DNA of 64,000 nt from Dudresnaya verticillata (taxonomy: Eukaryota), in the NCBI GenBank assembly GCA_977862235.1, contig OZ374557.1, forward strand, positions 2,294,001 to 2,358,000. Direction: 5' to 3'. A program made the translations under genes and the position numbers. This document shows, piece by piece, positions 50,105 to 62,900 of this stretch. Numbering within the stretch: position 1 is the stretch's first letter; every line of letters begins with the position of its first letter. The notes beneath the pieces were generated by a model. It worked only from the letters and a program-made list of their open reading frames with translations, was not told the DNA's origin and did not search any database.

Positions 50105-52883
50105 GTGTATCCAACGACGGAGCGAACCTCATCAGTGCACTCCACCTCGGGCAAGTCGACCAACGTTCAAATGCAACCCGGTGTGCCTCTAGCGATGGCG
50201 GGCGGTAGCACTGACCGATCACGGGGACCCTTCCAACCGACACGGCGTACAACTTCGGTGGGGGCGGCTCCTGCGCCGGAGACAGAAGAGAGAGAAGGCG
50301 GCGGGCCCGCGGAAACCATAGCGGGGGTTGTGGCGGCAACGAGCGCAACGCCGACGCTGCCAGCGCGTGCAGGTAGCCCACGGGTGCCGCGACGGCGTGA
50401 TGACGGCGAGGCTCTACAGACGCCCAGTACGCTTCCGGATCGGCAGATGGGGCTGGAGGCACAACGGCCTGGCCTTTCAAAATGCAACACCGCGATGGAG
50501 GCCCTTGGCTGTCGTCGAGCAACTCCGCATGGGCGATACGAGGCGTATGCGCAGGGTCTCCAGGTTGGTGTAGGCGGCGCACCGTCGGGTCCACTGCCAT
50601 ACGCGCCGGGGGCACCGGGGAGTTACCATGGGCATGTGAACTCGACGGGCTACACCGATGAGGAAACTTGGCCTGGCCGGGAATATGATCATCGCACCGG
50701 TCGGTGTCAGCGTACCGAAGAGGAGCGCGGTATGTTTCGTCTCCCCATGCCCGTATCGGTGTTTGTTTCCAACTATGATGGCACCCTCGAGGGGCGTCGC
50801 TACAGCGCCGTCACAGACTCCGGTGGGTTAATCAATAACAAGTGGTTCCCGAATCGGCGTGAGGAGATTGGAGAGCCAGGTGGATTCACTCAAATTGTAG
50901 AGTGCGAACTCCAACCGGGTGTGACATCGTGTGGTTGAGGTCTCAGGAAGAAGAGGGCTATCCCATCAAGGTGTGTTGGTTGCTGGCGATGGCCCACCGA
51001 CTGCGAGACCATCTGGTTGGTGTCGACTTCCTATGCTACGAGAAGCCGTACGACCAAGGCGTCCATTGGTTTGAGAATCCGCAACGGTGGGCTGACGACG
51101 CAGCGAAAGAGCATCGACTCCGGTTGCGGAGTAGAGATGGGCGCCGCCTCGGAAGGGTGATACTCCACACCTGGAACACGAACGAGTTTGTCCAGGTGCC
51201 GCCGGGTGCGCATCGTCGATTGTACTGCATCGCTCCGGATTGGTGGGCTGAGTACGAAGTCACCCGTTGGCTGTCAGTTCCAACTCCGACGGTGGTGGCG
51301 TACTTCTCCAATCGGTTTATCCAGCATCGCGACTGGCAAGCTGCACACACACGTGGAGAGAAGTCAATTGACCATCCGCTGATGACTTTGTTGCGTCGGA
51401 TACTCCGAGCGGAATGGGCAATGTTCGTCCTTTTCTCCTGGTTACAGATCACCTACAGGGTTGTCAGAGCCAATACCAAGATGACCGACTGGAGGGCATA
51501 CCCGCGGAACAGAACGGATCCGGAAGGTGGCGAGTGCGGGCGCATATTCAAGCTACCCGGAACGGTGGTTACCCTTATACACCAAGTTGGAGTAGACCGG
51601 TTGCTTGAGAGGACCGAATACCCCTTGTCGCGTGTTGAGCGTCTCTTCTCGGTCCACGCAAAAACCAACTGAGAGCGAACGACAGGGTTCATCGGCTACC
51701 ATTGGGATGCAGACCGCGTGTTGTCGGTGCCACCACTCAACCCCGGACGTGGTATGGTCTATTTCCTGTCGGAAGAAGACCCCGAGCCGGTGTGGTTGAT
51801 CAGCGAGCAAATGTCGAGCTGGCACGCGATGCGCTCCCGCTCGAGATTCTACCCCAAAGCGGAGGGGCCATCAAGGGCTCCGCCATCACGCGATTGGGCA
51901 CTCCATCCGGTGTGCATCCTCAACAGGGGCGCCTTGACAGTCCGTCCGCTGACGAGAGTGCCCCAGTGGGGGTTAACGAGATCAAGAGGGTGCGTGTGGA
52001 CCCTAGGGTCCTCGTGCCAAGAGAAGCCCCTGGCGTAGAAGCCGTCAAGGCGTGGGGCGACCGCACGACCTCATCGCCCAAGATGACAGTAACGGAGTCT
52101 CCTCCTGTAGGAGCTGAGATCTAGAAGCAGGGAGATTCGTCGGGGGTGGCCGCAACGTCCACGCCAATCGGGGCTCCGAAAGCCGTAGTCTCACCGGGAA
52201 TCAGCAAGAACACCAAGTTGGAAAAAGCGGCGGGTGCCGTGGCGGTAGTTGGTCCGAAGCCCACGCTAGTAGCTGCAGCAGCGGCTAAGTTGGGTCCCGT
52301 CGGGGAACAAGAAGACTCCGAAGTGGGAAAGGACACTACACCGGTGGGAACCTACCAGGTGGAGTCATTAGCAACCACACGCCCTGGAATCGCAGTGTGG
52401 ACTACTGTACCGAAGCGGAGCGAAGTTGCCAAGCCGGTGTCGCCCGCGTTGAGTGACTCCGTGATGTTCGTAGCTGCTGCGGGTCCAGATGGAGGACCAC
52501 CACGTCATATCGGCCCCGTGACGGTTAAGCAAGAGGAGGATACCCCGAAGGAGATGGCGAGTTGGACCGAAGCGGAGTTGCGCGTCGATGGAGCTGTCGT
52601 GCAGCGACTCCGCGACGGGTGTAGAGATGCGGGTATGTCTCTTCCAACGTCGGCGAACGAGTCCATCAACACCGCAGTGCTGTGGGTCGGGCGTCTGGTG
52701 CGCCTGCGACGTACCATTCGCACTTTGCATCGTCGCATGACAGACACCGGTAGGAGACTCACAATGATCACCGCAAGAGTGTATGATGAGGACATTCCCG
52801 ACTCGGAGGAGAGCGCGGCCAAAGAGGAGGATACGGGGGCTGATCTGGCGCCACCAGCAAAGCGCCTGCAGAATGCAGTGTAA
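50105..52883 (+). pseudogene. Antisense accessory ORF of E5
   Basis: Pieces 50105-50938, 50902-51672, 51718-52038, 51702-52124 and 52146-52883. AATAAA at 52906-52911. Confidence 0.85.
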
Positions 52884-53267
52884 TTGCGTAATGATGCCAC
52901 TTGTCAATAAAATCTCGTGATTTGTGTGAGCTCCCTTCCACTGGCGGAAGGGAAGTGGAATAACACCACTGTGGAGTGAGCCCCGAAGCGGCGGGGGTTA
53001 CCATCCACCATACAAGGCTTTGCGTCCGATTGACAACCACCTAATACCAGAAGTGGTTGCGCGCTCGCCAGCGATACTCCAATATGGAGTAGAGCCCCTT
53101 GGGCAAGGGTTCTGTGGTTACAGAGTCCACAGATCATGCCCTTTTTTGCCAACGCCAAGTCACCAAGAAGGAGTAGAGACCCTTGGAAAAGGGCTTCGCG
53201 ACAACGGAGCCCACAGGTCATGCCCGATTTTGCCAAAATCACTACGGCTTGTGCGAGTAGCAAATGG

Positions 53268-56200
53268 CTATCGACGCGTGGACGCTCGGCGACGTCGGGC
53301 CGCAGTTGCTGCCGAGCGCCTTCTATTCCAAGAGCGGTGTATGACGTTTTGTGGCAACTCCTCGGCGGGTTCATACGTGTCCTGGTCTGGTGGGTAGCCG
53401 CACCAACGCACCTTGTAGGTCATGCCTGTGGGTTCTTCGCGGTGTCCCACGATCTGCTCGATGACATACTCCGTGTCGGCATCAATTGTCTCCGGAACGG
53501 GGGCAGGAATACCGCCTGGCGTTTAGGGCGTTACAGTAATACCACCTGGTGTTTCGGGTACTACTGTGGTGCCGCCCGCCTGCTGGGGTACCGCAACGTC
53601 CACGTCGGTGTGTGGCGTAACCGGCGGAGCCAATAGCGGCGCCAGCTGTACGGGAACTCCAATTGGTACCATAGTGATACGATCGATGCTAATGGGAATC
53701 AGGACGCCGTCCTTCTTGATAGTGACTACAGTGTCCGTTGCGGTGTGAACCTCGTAGGGGCCTGTCAATCTTGGGAGGAGCTTCTTCATTTGCTCCGCAA
53801 ATTCACCGACGTGGTCAGGGCCTTGACCCAATCTGTCGCGTTCCTTCCGTTCGGTGGGTCGTAGATTACGCGGCGGGCGATCTACGTAGACTTGATCGCT
53901 ACCGCGAACCACCGGTCGGAAACTCACCTTATGGTCGAAGAGGGTCTTAGACTTCAACTGGGCTGTAGTCTGTTTGGTCTGCACCTCCTGTAGGGCATAG
54001 CGCAAACGCCGCATGGTTCCCCGCTTTTGGAGCACGGGCGTCATACGCCCCTCCGTAACGGTTTCTTCCAGCTCCAGAGGGGTGCCACGAATAATAATAT
54101 CCGATGGGTGTCGAGTTAACATCAAGTCAAAGGGAGTAGTATCCGTAATCCGGTGTACCTGCATATTGTAGGAGTAGCTCAACGGCTGTAGGTATAAAAC
54201 CCAGTCGGTGTGGTGATCCTCGACGTAGTATCGAAGGCGCTGCGCGATGGTTTTGTTAAACCGCTCGGCTTGCCCGTTGGTTTGTGGGCGGTAGGCAACG
54301 GTCAGGAAATGCCGCACTCCGAGTAGGGCACAGACAGCTTCGAAGAACGTTGCCGTGAACTGTCTTCCATTGTCGGTGAGTACAAATTTAGGTGCACCGT
54401 ACGCATACACCCAATGGTCTAAAAGTATGTTCGCCACCACGACGGCTGTAATCGTCCGTAACGGAATGCACCGTGTTAGTTTAGAAAACCGATCGGTGAT
54501 GACCAGTACAAAGACGTATCCCCGTTTGGTTTTCGGCAGCGGGCCCAGTGTATCCGTAGCGACAAACGCCAGTGGGCTACTCGCGGGAAATAGTTTCATG
54601 GACGTCTGATGCTTAAACCTCGTGCCCTTGGTTTTGACACATGAGCGGTAACTCCGAACGGTCTCGAATACATCGTTAGCCATATGTGGCCAATAGTAGT
54701 CTCTCCGTAAGGTTTAGTACATCTTAATTCCACCAGGGTGTCCCGACACGAGGGTGTAGTGGGCAACATACAGGACTCTGCCACGCATCTGTTGCGGTAC
54801 CAACTTTTGGAGTGCACCGTCAAGAGCAGACTTGCGAACAAGAAACCCACGTCGGTCGTAGTCGAATTGTGATCCAGGGGATCCCATCGATTCGGCTTTA
54901 AGCCTGCAAAAAGTATCCGTTGCTTGCGCGGCTATGAACGCCTCACGGGTAAGGGTCTCATTTCGCATATCCTCTTGTTCGATGAGCGTTTGCCGGAGTG
55001 GAGTGAGTGGTACTGTATCCTTTTCAGGCGTAGTATCCGTTTTGGTGTCTCCACTTTCAACGCCTGGGAGAGGCTGCTCGAGGCATCCGGTTGCTGGGAT
55101 TGTTTGCAATTGGTTAGTTGCACACCATGTTGCACTACACCATTAAGAGTCGTTTCCATAACGAAGCAAGGCACTTCCTCATCGAACTCAGCTTTGTCAG
55201 CACCACCTGTTCGGAGTCTTGACATACCGTCAGCAAGTTGGTGCTTCATACCAGGGCGGTATTGTACTTCGAACGCAAATTCCGATAGGCGTAGGCGCCA
55301 TCTTGCTAAGCGTCCAGACGCATCGGCTAAACTCAATATCCAGCGTAATGCGTCGTGATCCGTACGGAGTATAAACGTTTCACCGAAAAGGTAAGGACGT
55401 AGCGTTAGCATACTCCAAACGACAGCAAGGCACTCCTTTTCAGTGGTTGTGTAATTCTTCTCCGCATTGGTTAGACTTCGGCTCCAGTAACCCACTGATA
55501 GATTATCTCCACTAGGTTGCTTCTGGAGAAGGACACACCCAACTTGGTAATCACAAGCGTCGGTATCCAACGTATAATTGAAACCATGACGGGGTAAAGC
55601 CAATATTGGAGGGGAGATTAGTTGTCTCTTTAACTCCTCAAAGGCGTTTAACTCCATTTCGGTGAGAGTTCCAAACTCGAATACCAGACCCTTGCCGGTT
55701 TTCTTATTGAGTGGCGAAGCAATACGTGCAAAATTGGGAACGAAGCGTCGATAGACGTTACATAATCCTAGAAAAGAGCGCAACTCCGTTTCGTTGTAGG
55801 TGGCTTAGCCTCCTTGACGGCGAGAATATTCTTTCGCTCCACTTCCAGTTGGCCCGGGCGCACTATGTGGCCCAGATACTGTACGGAAGTGTCGAAGAAG
55901 GCACGCTTTGACAATTTCAGAGTTACACCTGCGGAACGGAGTAGCGTGAGGACCTCCTTAAGGTGTTCGAAGTGCTCCGTGACGGTGTTTGAATATACAA
56001 TCACATGATCTAGGTAGACTAAGGCAAATTGCCATTTCACCGTAGATAGGATGATGTCAACCGCCCGTTGGAAAGTAGCGGATGCGTTCTTGAGCCCAAG
56101 AGGCATTCTCTGGAAGCGGTATAATCCATAATGACTGGTGAAGGTAGTTTTGTCACGCTCCTCCTCGGGGATCTCTACTTGCCAGTAGCCGCTATTACAA

Positions 56201-57661
56201 TCCAGAGTGGTGAATACTGTAGCTTCTCCAAGGGAGTCTATACATTAATCCATCCGGGGTAAAGGGTATGAATCCCGAACGGTGACAGCGTTAAGACGCC
56301 TGTAATCGACACAAAACCGCATGGAGCCGTCCTTTTTAGGAACGAAGACCACAGGGCTGGCCCACTCCGAATCGGATGGCTCGATCACGTTAGCGGACAA
56401 CATACGATCCACTTCTGCCTCCTCCAGCTCGCACTGTTTATGTACTGCCCGATGTGGTGCTTGATATACCGTTTTGGCACCAGGCATTAATTCAATACGC
56501 TGTTTCGCGGCAGTTATACTTCCTAACTCGCCGTTACACATGGTACTAAAATCCTCAAGGATTGTAACCACCTTAGCGCGGAGTTTTTTATCCTTGGCAC
56601 CAATATGGATGTTACCTTTCCAATCGGTGTCAGGAGTTGTAGTTGATTACGATACGGTGTTTCCTTTGAATCCATCTTGGGGTGTAGCCATGCTGCTCTC
56701 ATTAAGAGAAGTAGGAAAGGAATTAATATGTCCTCCCCCTCCTTAAATGGAGGTACACCGTTAACGGTGAGTATGGCAGAGGGAACAGCAGTAGCGATGC
56801 CCACGACGGCAGACTTGGGTAACCGGACCGATTTGGGGGAAAATTAGTCAGCCACACCTTAAAGGGTCTGTTAGGGATTATACCCATAGCCCCGTTGGCC
56901 ATAAGGGTGAGGTGCTTATGGATGGGGTTGGGATGGTTTTGAAGAAAACACAAACCACCGGTAGGAGTAGTAACCAATGCAAGGGATTGGGCCATAGGGG
57001 GATAATAAGGGATTTTGCTAGGCGGAGCTTTTGCGATACCGAAGCGGATGACACAGGGGGGCCCTGAAGGGTAGAAGCAGCCACCGTTTTGGAGTGTCGG
57101 GTTTGTCCCATCAACGAAACCGGGGATTGGTGATGAAAAACAACTCTCCGTGCCGGTGGGAGGATCGCCTTGAGATGGCGATCAATAAAACTGGTTCCGA
57201 GAATGCATGGAGCAGCGAGGTTCGCGACCACCAGGACGTGGACTCGAGTACGCAATTCTCCAATACGGACAAAAAGTTGAATGACACCAAGCGGGCGTAT
57301 CGACCTATTGGACGCATTCCGTAAAGGTGGACTGGCAGCTGGGCGAATCAAAGACAACCAGTGGGGTGAAAGCCGTCTGGCGTTGATGCGATTTGGCCCA
57401 GCACCTGAATCCAATACGGTGATGAGAGGTAACATGAGGTCATTACACCTTCCCACGGTAATCTGGATTTTATAATTCTGTCGTTTTAGAACACAGACAG
57501 AATCACCGGGTGGTTGAAATTCAAGGGGGATTTCTGGAACAAAATCAGGGGGGTACTCCGTAATGGTGGCGGACTGAGTCCGGCAAAGCCCGTATTGGTG
57601 GGCGTACCACGTCGCATTGAGGAGACGGGGACGCCCTTACACGTCTCCTGCCACATTTTCC
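53268..57661 (-). pseudogene. pol: E5 pol (PR, RT, RH, IN, chromodomain)
   Basis: [19 protein letters not shown] (decayed YLDD), DTDACD, LTDNG, ERFN, LTGPY, YKVRWCGY..DTYEP. Confidence 0.95.
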
Positions 57662-57760
57662 GAGTCGGGGTGTGCCATGAGAGCCTCCTACACCATATTG
57701 TGGCGCAAATCGCCTTCGCGCCCTGCTGAAGAATTCTTCATAATGCCGCCACCCGCGGCT

Positions 57761-58476
57761 CACGCGACTGCGGACGACGGACGCACAGCGTCCGGTTCCT
57801 GCGGATCAACCGCTGTGCGGATGTTTGAGCTCAGAGCCAATTCCTGTAATAAGCTCTGGCACCACGCGTATACGCCAGCAATGACACTGGGGAAGTGCCC
57901 CTGTAAGGCACCCGGCCTGACAGTGCCCGACGCCCTCTGCCAGCAAGGATGGCCCCGCAAGACGACAACGCGTACACGTGCACACGTGTGCCCCCTTTGC
58001 GCACACTGTCGAGCCACACTACCAACAGGCTGACAGTTGATATTTTAGTAGATAGTTATAGACTTGCGCGCGCCACGTAATACCAAGTGGCGCGCCCCCC
58101 TTCCACTAACTTAATCCGCCAGCAAGGCGCACCCGCCTCCTGCAGAGTATATTAGGGCCCTGAGGTGCGCCCTCCTACAGTAAACGGCTACGCTTGGGCC
58201 CAGCGAGACATACCCTCCTACCCTATCGACTCCCTCGCTAGGCTGGACTTCAGTACGTACGCTACCCTTCTTCATCGTACAGAATCCTGTTTTTCTCTTA
58301 CTTTTCCTTTGTTTTCTCTTTCTTTCTAGGGAAACCCCCTTTCTCGGTCTTGTAGTGTTTTACAGTCGCACTACGGGGCTACTCCCCTGCTCTACCACTA
58401 CTACCTCACCTGCTACCGCCAGGCCCCCGAACCGCCTGAGGTGCATCCTCGATTCTACCGAGTGGATTGCACCACA
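57761..58476 (+). repeat. 5'-truncated LTR inserted in E5 gag
   Basis: Ends TTGCACCACA, has a pyrimidine tract, and shares CCTACAGTAAACGG with the E5 LTR. No TG start and no left TSD. Confidence 0.75.
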
Positions 58477-59998
58477 CATATCAGCTGGGGGCTCGCCAAC
58501 CGCACCACCGTCGGCAGTTAGCACCCGCGCTGGGCGTTGCTGGTAGTTACCTGGCGGTCGATTTCCCGTATTGGAGCTGGCGAAGGCCTGCCGCTTGAGG
58601 AGAATCGCCTGATAGTTGCGCTCGCGCTCTTCCATCAGGGGACCCCTTTCGGTGTCGCTCAGATACGGACAAATGACATGGTCCGCTGACAGGCACAAGC
58701 GACAGTAGCCGCTTCCATAGAGGCGTCTGACATCCGATGAGGTGTGATCCGTGGGCCCTGCTGTGGTGCAAACGTCTGAAGACGGAACACCGCCGAGCAG
58801 TTCGGGGCTCGGTGGGTAGCTGCGCCCGTGCCGGTGAGTAGCCTCGCCTTGGGCGGCTTGTGGTAGAGCAGTGGACACGCCCTGGACGGACTGTAGACGC
58901 CCGAGGCGGAAAGGAAGGAAAAATGGAACAAAAAGGAAACTCGTCAAGGACGGTGAGGGACGTGGAAGCACGGGAGGTAGACGCTTAGGCCGTAGGCAGC
59001 GGTAGGGCACGCGCGTGCGGAATGGGGGAAGTCTGGACCAAGGCCGGCTTGACCGGGCGTTTTCTGCTACGTCTGGGACGGCTTACCTAAGTATAGTACA
59101 GCGGTGCGGCGGCGGCGGTGCGTGTGCGTAGCGCGGGAGCTCGGGACACGTGTCGTCCCGAGGCGCGTCTGACAGATCACTCATCGCATGCAGCCGCGCG
59201 CCTGACAGACTGCCGCGCAACCCCCTTCGTGGGCGCTTACACGCACACGTGGACACGTGCGCCTTACAGCTGTGCGCGCGCACTTACTGTAGAGCGTGCG
59301 CCCTTGATCTAATCCGATACTCGTCTGATCCCGATCCCCATCCGGATCCGGGCCAGCAATGCGAAAACTCGCAGCCTTACAGGCGCGTACCTTACAGCAC
59401 AGGCGATCCAGATAGCCAATCTGGATACCGGATCCGGATCCCATCTGGATCCGTGTTACAGTGCCCCGGGGCGCCACGTCGGCCCATCACCGTACAGTGC
59501 CCGCATGACGCGCGGCGCGCAACGTGCGCGCGCGCCCCAGTGAGCCATCGATGACGTGTTCGCGCGCCGACGGCGGTGGTGAGCGCCGGTGGCGGTTTCT
59601 CCGTCGGTAGACGTATTTGTTGCTCCACTTTCAGTGAAAAAGGGGCTCACCCCCCCCTGCACCACACCTGCGGCAGGGGATTGTTTTCCAAGACGGTGTT
59701 CGACCTGCCCTTGACGAGGAGGCGTGTTGCCGTGGGGGTGCCCCATGTGGCTGGGATGCTGTCCGGTGCTTCCTTGACGGTGTGTGGCGGGACCGTAGCG
59801 GTTGTCAACCGGTCCGTAGCGGGGTTGCCGGGGTGGTTGCATCCGTGGCGCTGGTGGGCGAAGATTGGGAGTCCGAGGCGGAGTAGGGTAGACACTACTC
59901 GGTGGGGAAGAGTACGCCCTAGTAAACGTAACCCCCGACGAGGTGCCGGTGCTTCGACCCGCGGCACCTTCCAGAGCGAGCACGTGCTCCTCCGATTC
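58477..59998 (-). pseudogene. gag: E5 gag C-terminal fragment, split by a solo LTR
   Basis: VLALEG..TGTSSGVTF..YSSPP..VYPTPPR and CRLCLSADHVIC match E4 gag. Confidence 0.85.
58762..59666 (-). mobile_element. Solo LTR (905 bp) related to the E1 LTRs
   Basis: TGTGGTGCA...TGCACCACA ends and TSD CCTGC (58757-58761 and 59667-59671). On the minus strand it starts TGTGGTGCAGGGGGGGGTGAGCCCC, like E1. Confidence 0.92.
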
Positions 59999-62900
59999 AG
60001 CCGCGGGTGGCGGCATTATGAAGAATTCTTCAGCAGGGCGCGAAGGCGATTTGCGCCACAATATGGTGTAGGAGGCTCTCATGGCACACCCCGACTCGGA
60101 AAATGTGGCAGGAGACGTGTAAGGGCGTCCCCGTCTCCTCAATGCGACGTGGTACGCCCACCAATACGGGCTTTGCCGGACTCAGTCCGCCACCATTACG
60201 GAGTACCCCCCTGATTTTGTTCCAGAAATCCCCCTTGAATTTCAACCACCCGGTGATTCTGTCTGTGTTCTAAAACGACAGAATTATAAAATCCAGATTA
60301 CCGTGGGAAGGTGTAATGACCTCATGTTACCTCTCATCACCGTATTGGATTCAGGTGCTGGGCCAAATCGCATCAACGCCAGACGGCTTTCACCCCACTG
60401 GTTGTCTTTGATTCGCCCAGCTGCCAGTCCACCTTTACGGAATGCGTCCAATAGGTCGATACGCCCGCTTGGTGTCATTCAACTTTTTGTCCGTATTGGA
60501 GAATTGCGTACTCGAGTCCACGTCCTGGTGGTCGCGAACCTCGCTGCTCCATGCATTCTCGGAACCAGTTTTATTGATCGCCATCTCAAGGCGATCCTCC
60601 CACCGGCACGGAGAGTTGTTTTTCATCACCAATCCCCGGTTTCGTTGATGGGACAAACCCGACACTCCAAAACGGTGGCTGCTTCTACCCTTCAGGGCCC
60701 CCCTGTGTCATCCGCTTCGGTATCGCAAAAGCTCCGCCTAGCAAAATCCCTTATTATCCCCCTATGGCCCAATCCCTTGCATTGGTTACTACTCCTACCG
60801 GTGGTTTGTGTTTTCTTCAAAACCATCCCAACCCCATCCATAAGCACCTCACCCTTATGGCCAACGGGGCTATGGGTATAATCCCTAACAGACCCTTTAA
60901 GGTGTGGCTGACTAATTTTCCCCCAAATCGGTCCGGTTACCCAAGTCTGCCGTCGTGGGCATCGCTACTGCTGTTCCCTCTGCCATACTCACCGTTAACG
61001 GTGTACCTCCATTTAAGGAGGGGGAGGACATATTAATTCCTTTCCTACTTCTCTTAATGAGAGCAGCATGGCTACACCCCAAGATGGATTCAAAGGAAAC
61101 ACCGTATCGTAATCAACTACAACTCCTGACACCGATTGGAAAGGTAACATCCATATTGGTGCCAAGGATAAAAAACTCCGCGCTAAGGTGGTTACAATCC
61201 TTGAGGATTTTAGTACCATGTGTAACGGCGAGTTAGGAAGTATAACTGCCGCGAAACAGCGTATTGAATTAATGCCTGGTGCCAAAACGGTATATCAAGC
61301 ACCACATCGGGCAGTACATAAACAGTGCGAGCTGGAGGAGGCAGAAGTGGATCGTATGTTGTCCGCTAACGTGATCGAGCCATCCGATTCGGAGTGGGCC
61401 AGCCCTGTGGTCTTCGTTCCTAAAAAGGACGGCTCCATGCGGTTTTGTGTCGATTACAGGCGTCTTAACGCTGTCACCGTTCGGGATTCATACCCTTTAC
61501 CCCGGATGGATTAATGTATAGACTCCCTTGGAGAAGCTACAGTATTCACCACTCTGGATTGTAATAGCGGCTACTGGCAAGTAGAGATCCCCGAGGAGGA
61601 GCGTGACAAAACTACCTTCACCAGTCATTATGGATTATACCGCTTCCAGAGAATGCCTCTTGGGCTCAAGAACGCATCCGCTACTTTCCAACGGGCGGTT
61701 GACATCATCCTATCTACGGTGAAATGGCAATTTGCCTTAGTCTACCTAGATCATGTGATTGTATATTCAAACACCGTCACGGAGCACTTCGAACACCTTA
61801 AGGAGGTCCTCACGCTACTCCGTTCCGCAGGTGTAACTCTGAAATTGTCAAAGCGTGCCTTCTTCGACACTTCCGTACAGTATCTGGGCCACATAGTGCG
61901 CCCGGGCCAACTGGAAGTGGAGCGAAAGAATATTCTCGCCGTCAAGGAGGCTAAGCCACCTACAACGAAACGGAGTTGCGCTCTTTTCTAGGATTATGTA
62001 ACGTCTATCGACGCTTCGTTCCCAATTTTGCACGTATTGCTTCGCCACTCAATAAGAAAACCGGCAAGGGTCTGGTATTCGAGTTTGGAACTCTCACCGA
62101 AATGGAGTTAAACGCCTTTGAGGAGTTAAAGAGACAACTAATCTCCCCTCCAATATTGGCTTTACCCCGTCATGGTTTCAATTATACGTTGGATACCGAC
62201 GCTTGTGATTACCAAGTTGGGTGTGTCCTTCTCCAGAAGCAACCTAGTGGAGATAATCTATCAGTGGGTTACTGGAGCCGAAGTCTAACCAATGCGGAGA
62301 AGAATTACACAACCACTGAAAAGGAGTGCCTTGCTGTCGTTTGGAGTATGCTAACGCTACGTCCTTACCTTTTCGGTGAAACGTTTATACTCCGTACGGA
62401 TCACGACGCATTACGCTGGATATTGAGTTTAGCCGATGCGTCTGGACGCTTAGCAAGATGGCGCCTACGCCTATCGGAATTTGCGTTCGAAGTACAATAC
62501 CGCCCTGGTATGAAGCACCAACTTGCTGAAGGTATGTCAAGACTCCGAACAGGTGGTGCTGACAAAGCTGAGTTCGATGAGGAAGTGCCTTGCTTCGTTA
62601 TGGAAACGACTCTTAATGGTGTAGTGCAACATGGTGTGCAACTAACCAATTGCAAACAATCCCAGCAACCGGATGCCTCGAGCAGCCTCTCCCAGGCGTT
62701 GAAAGTGGAGACACCAAAACGGATACTACGCCTGAAAAGGATACAGTACCACTCACTCCACTCCGGCAAACGCTCATCGAACAAGAGGATATGCGAAATG
62801 AGACCCTTACCCGTGAGGCGTTCATAGCCGCGCAAGCAACGGATACTTTTTGCAGGCTTAAAGCCGAATCGATGGGATCCCCTGGATCACAATTCGACTA

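Larger units (their letters stand above)
49364..59998 (-). mobile_element. Element E5: Ty3/Gypsy element inserted in the E4 LTR; 5' end lost
   Basis: 3' LTR 49364-50039 (TGTGGTG...CACCACA), PPT 50040-50054, antisense ORF, complete decayed pol and the gag C-terminus. Confidence 0.9.

Noticed and set aside
50105..52883. Extra ORF as an envelope (env) gene
   Set aside because: It is antisense and shows no evident signal peptide or transmembrane anchor.
60119..60214. Stop-codon readthrough between gag and pol in E5
   Set aside because: Pol is in the gag frame here, but E4 shows a clean -1 relationship and the conserved peptide is in the -1 frame. A later 1-nt indel (probably the C-run at ~60206) explains it.
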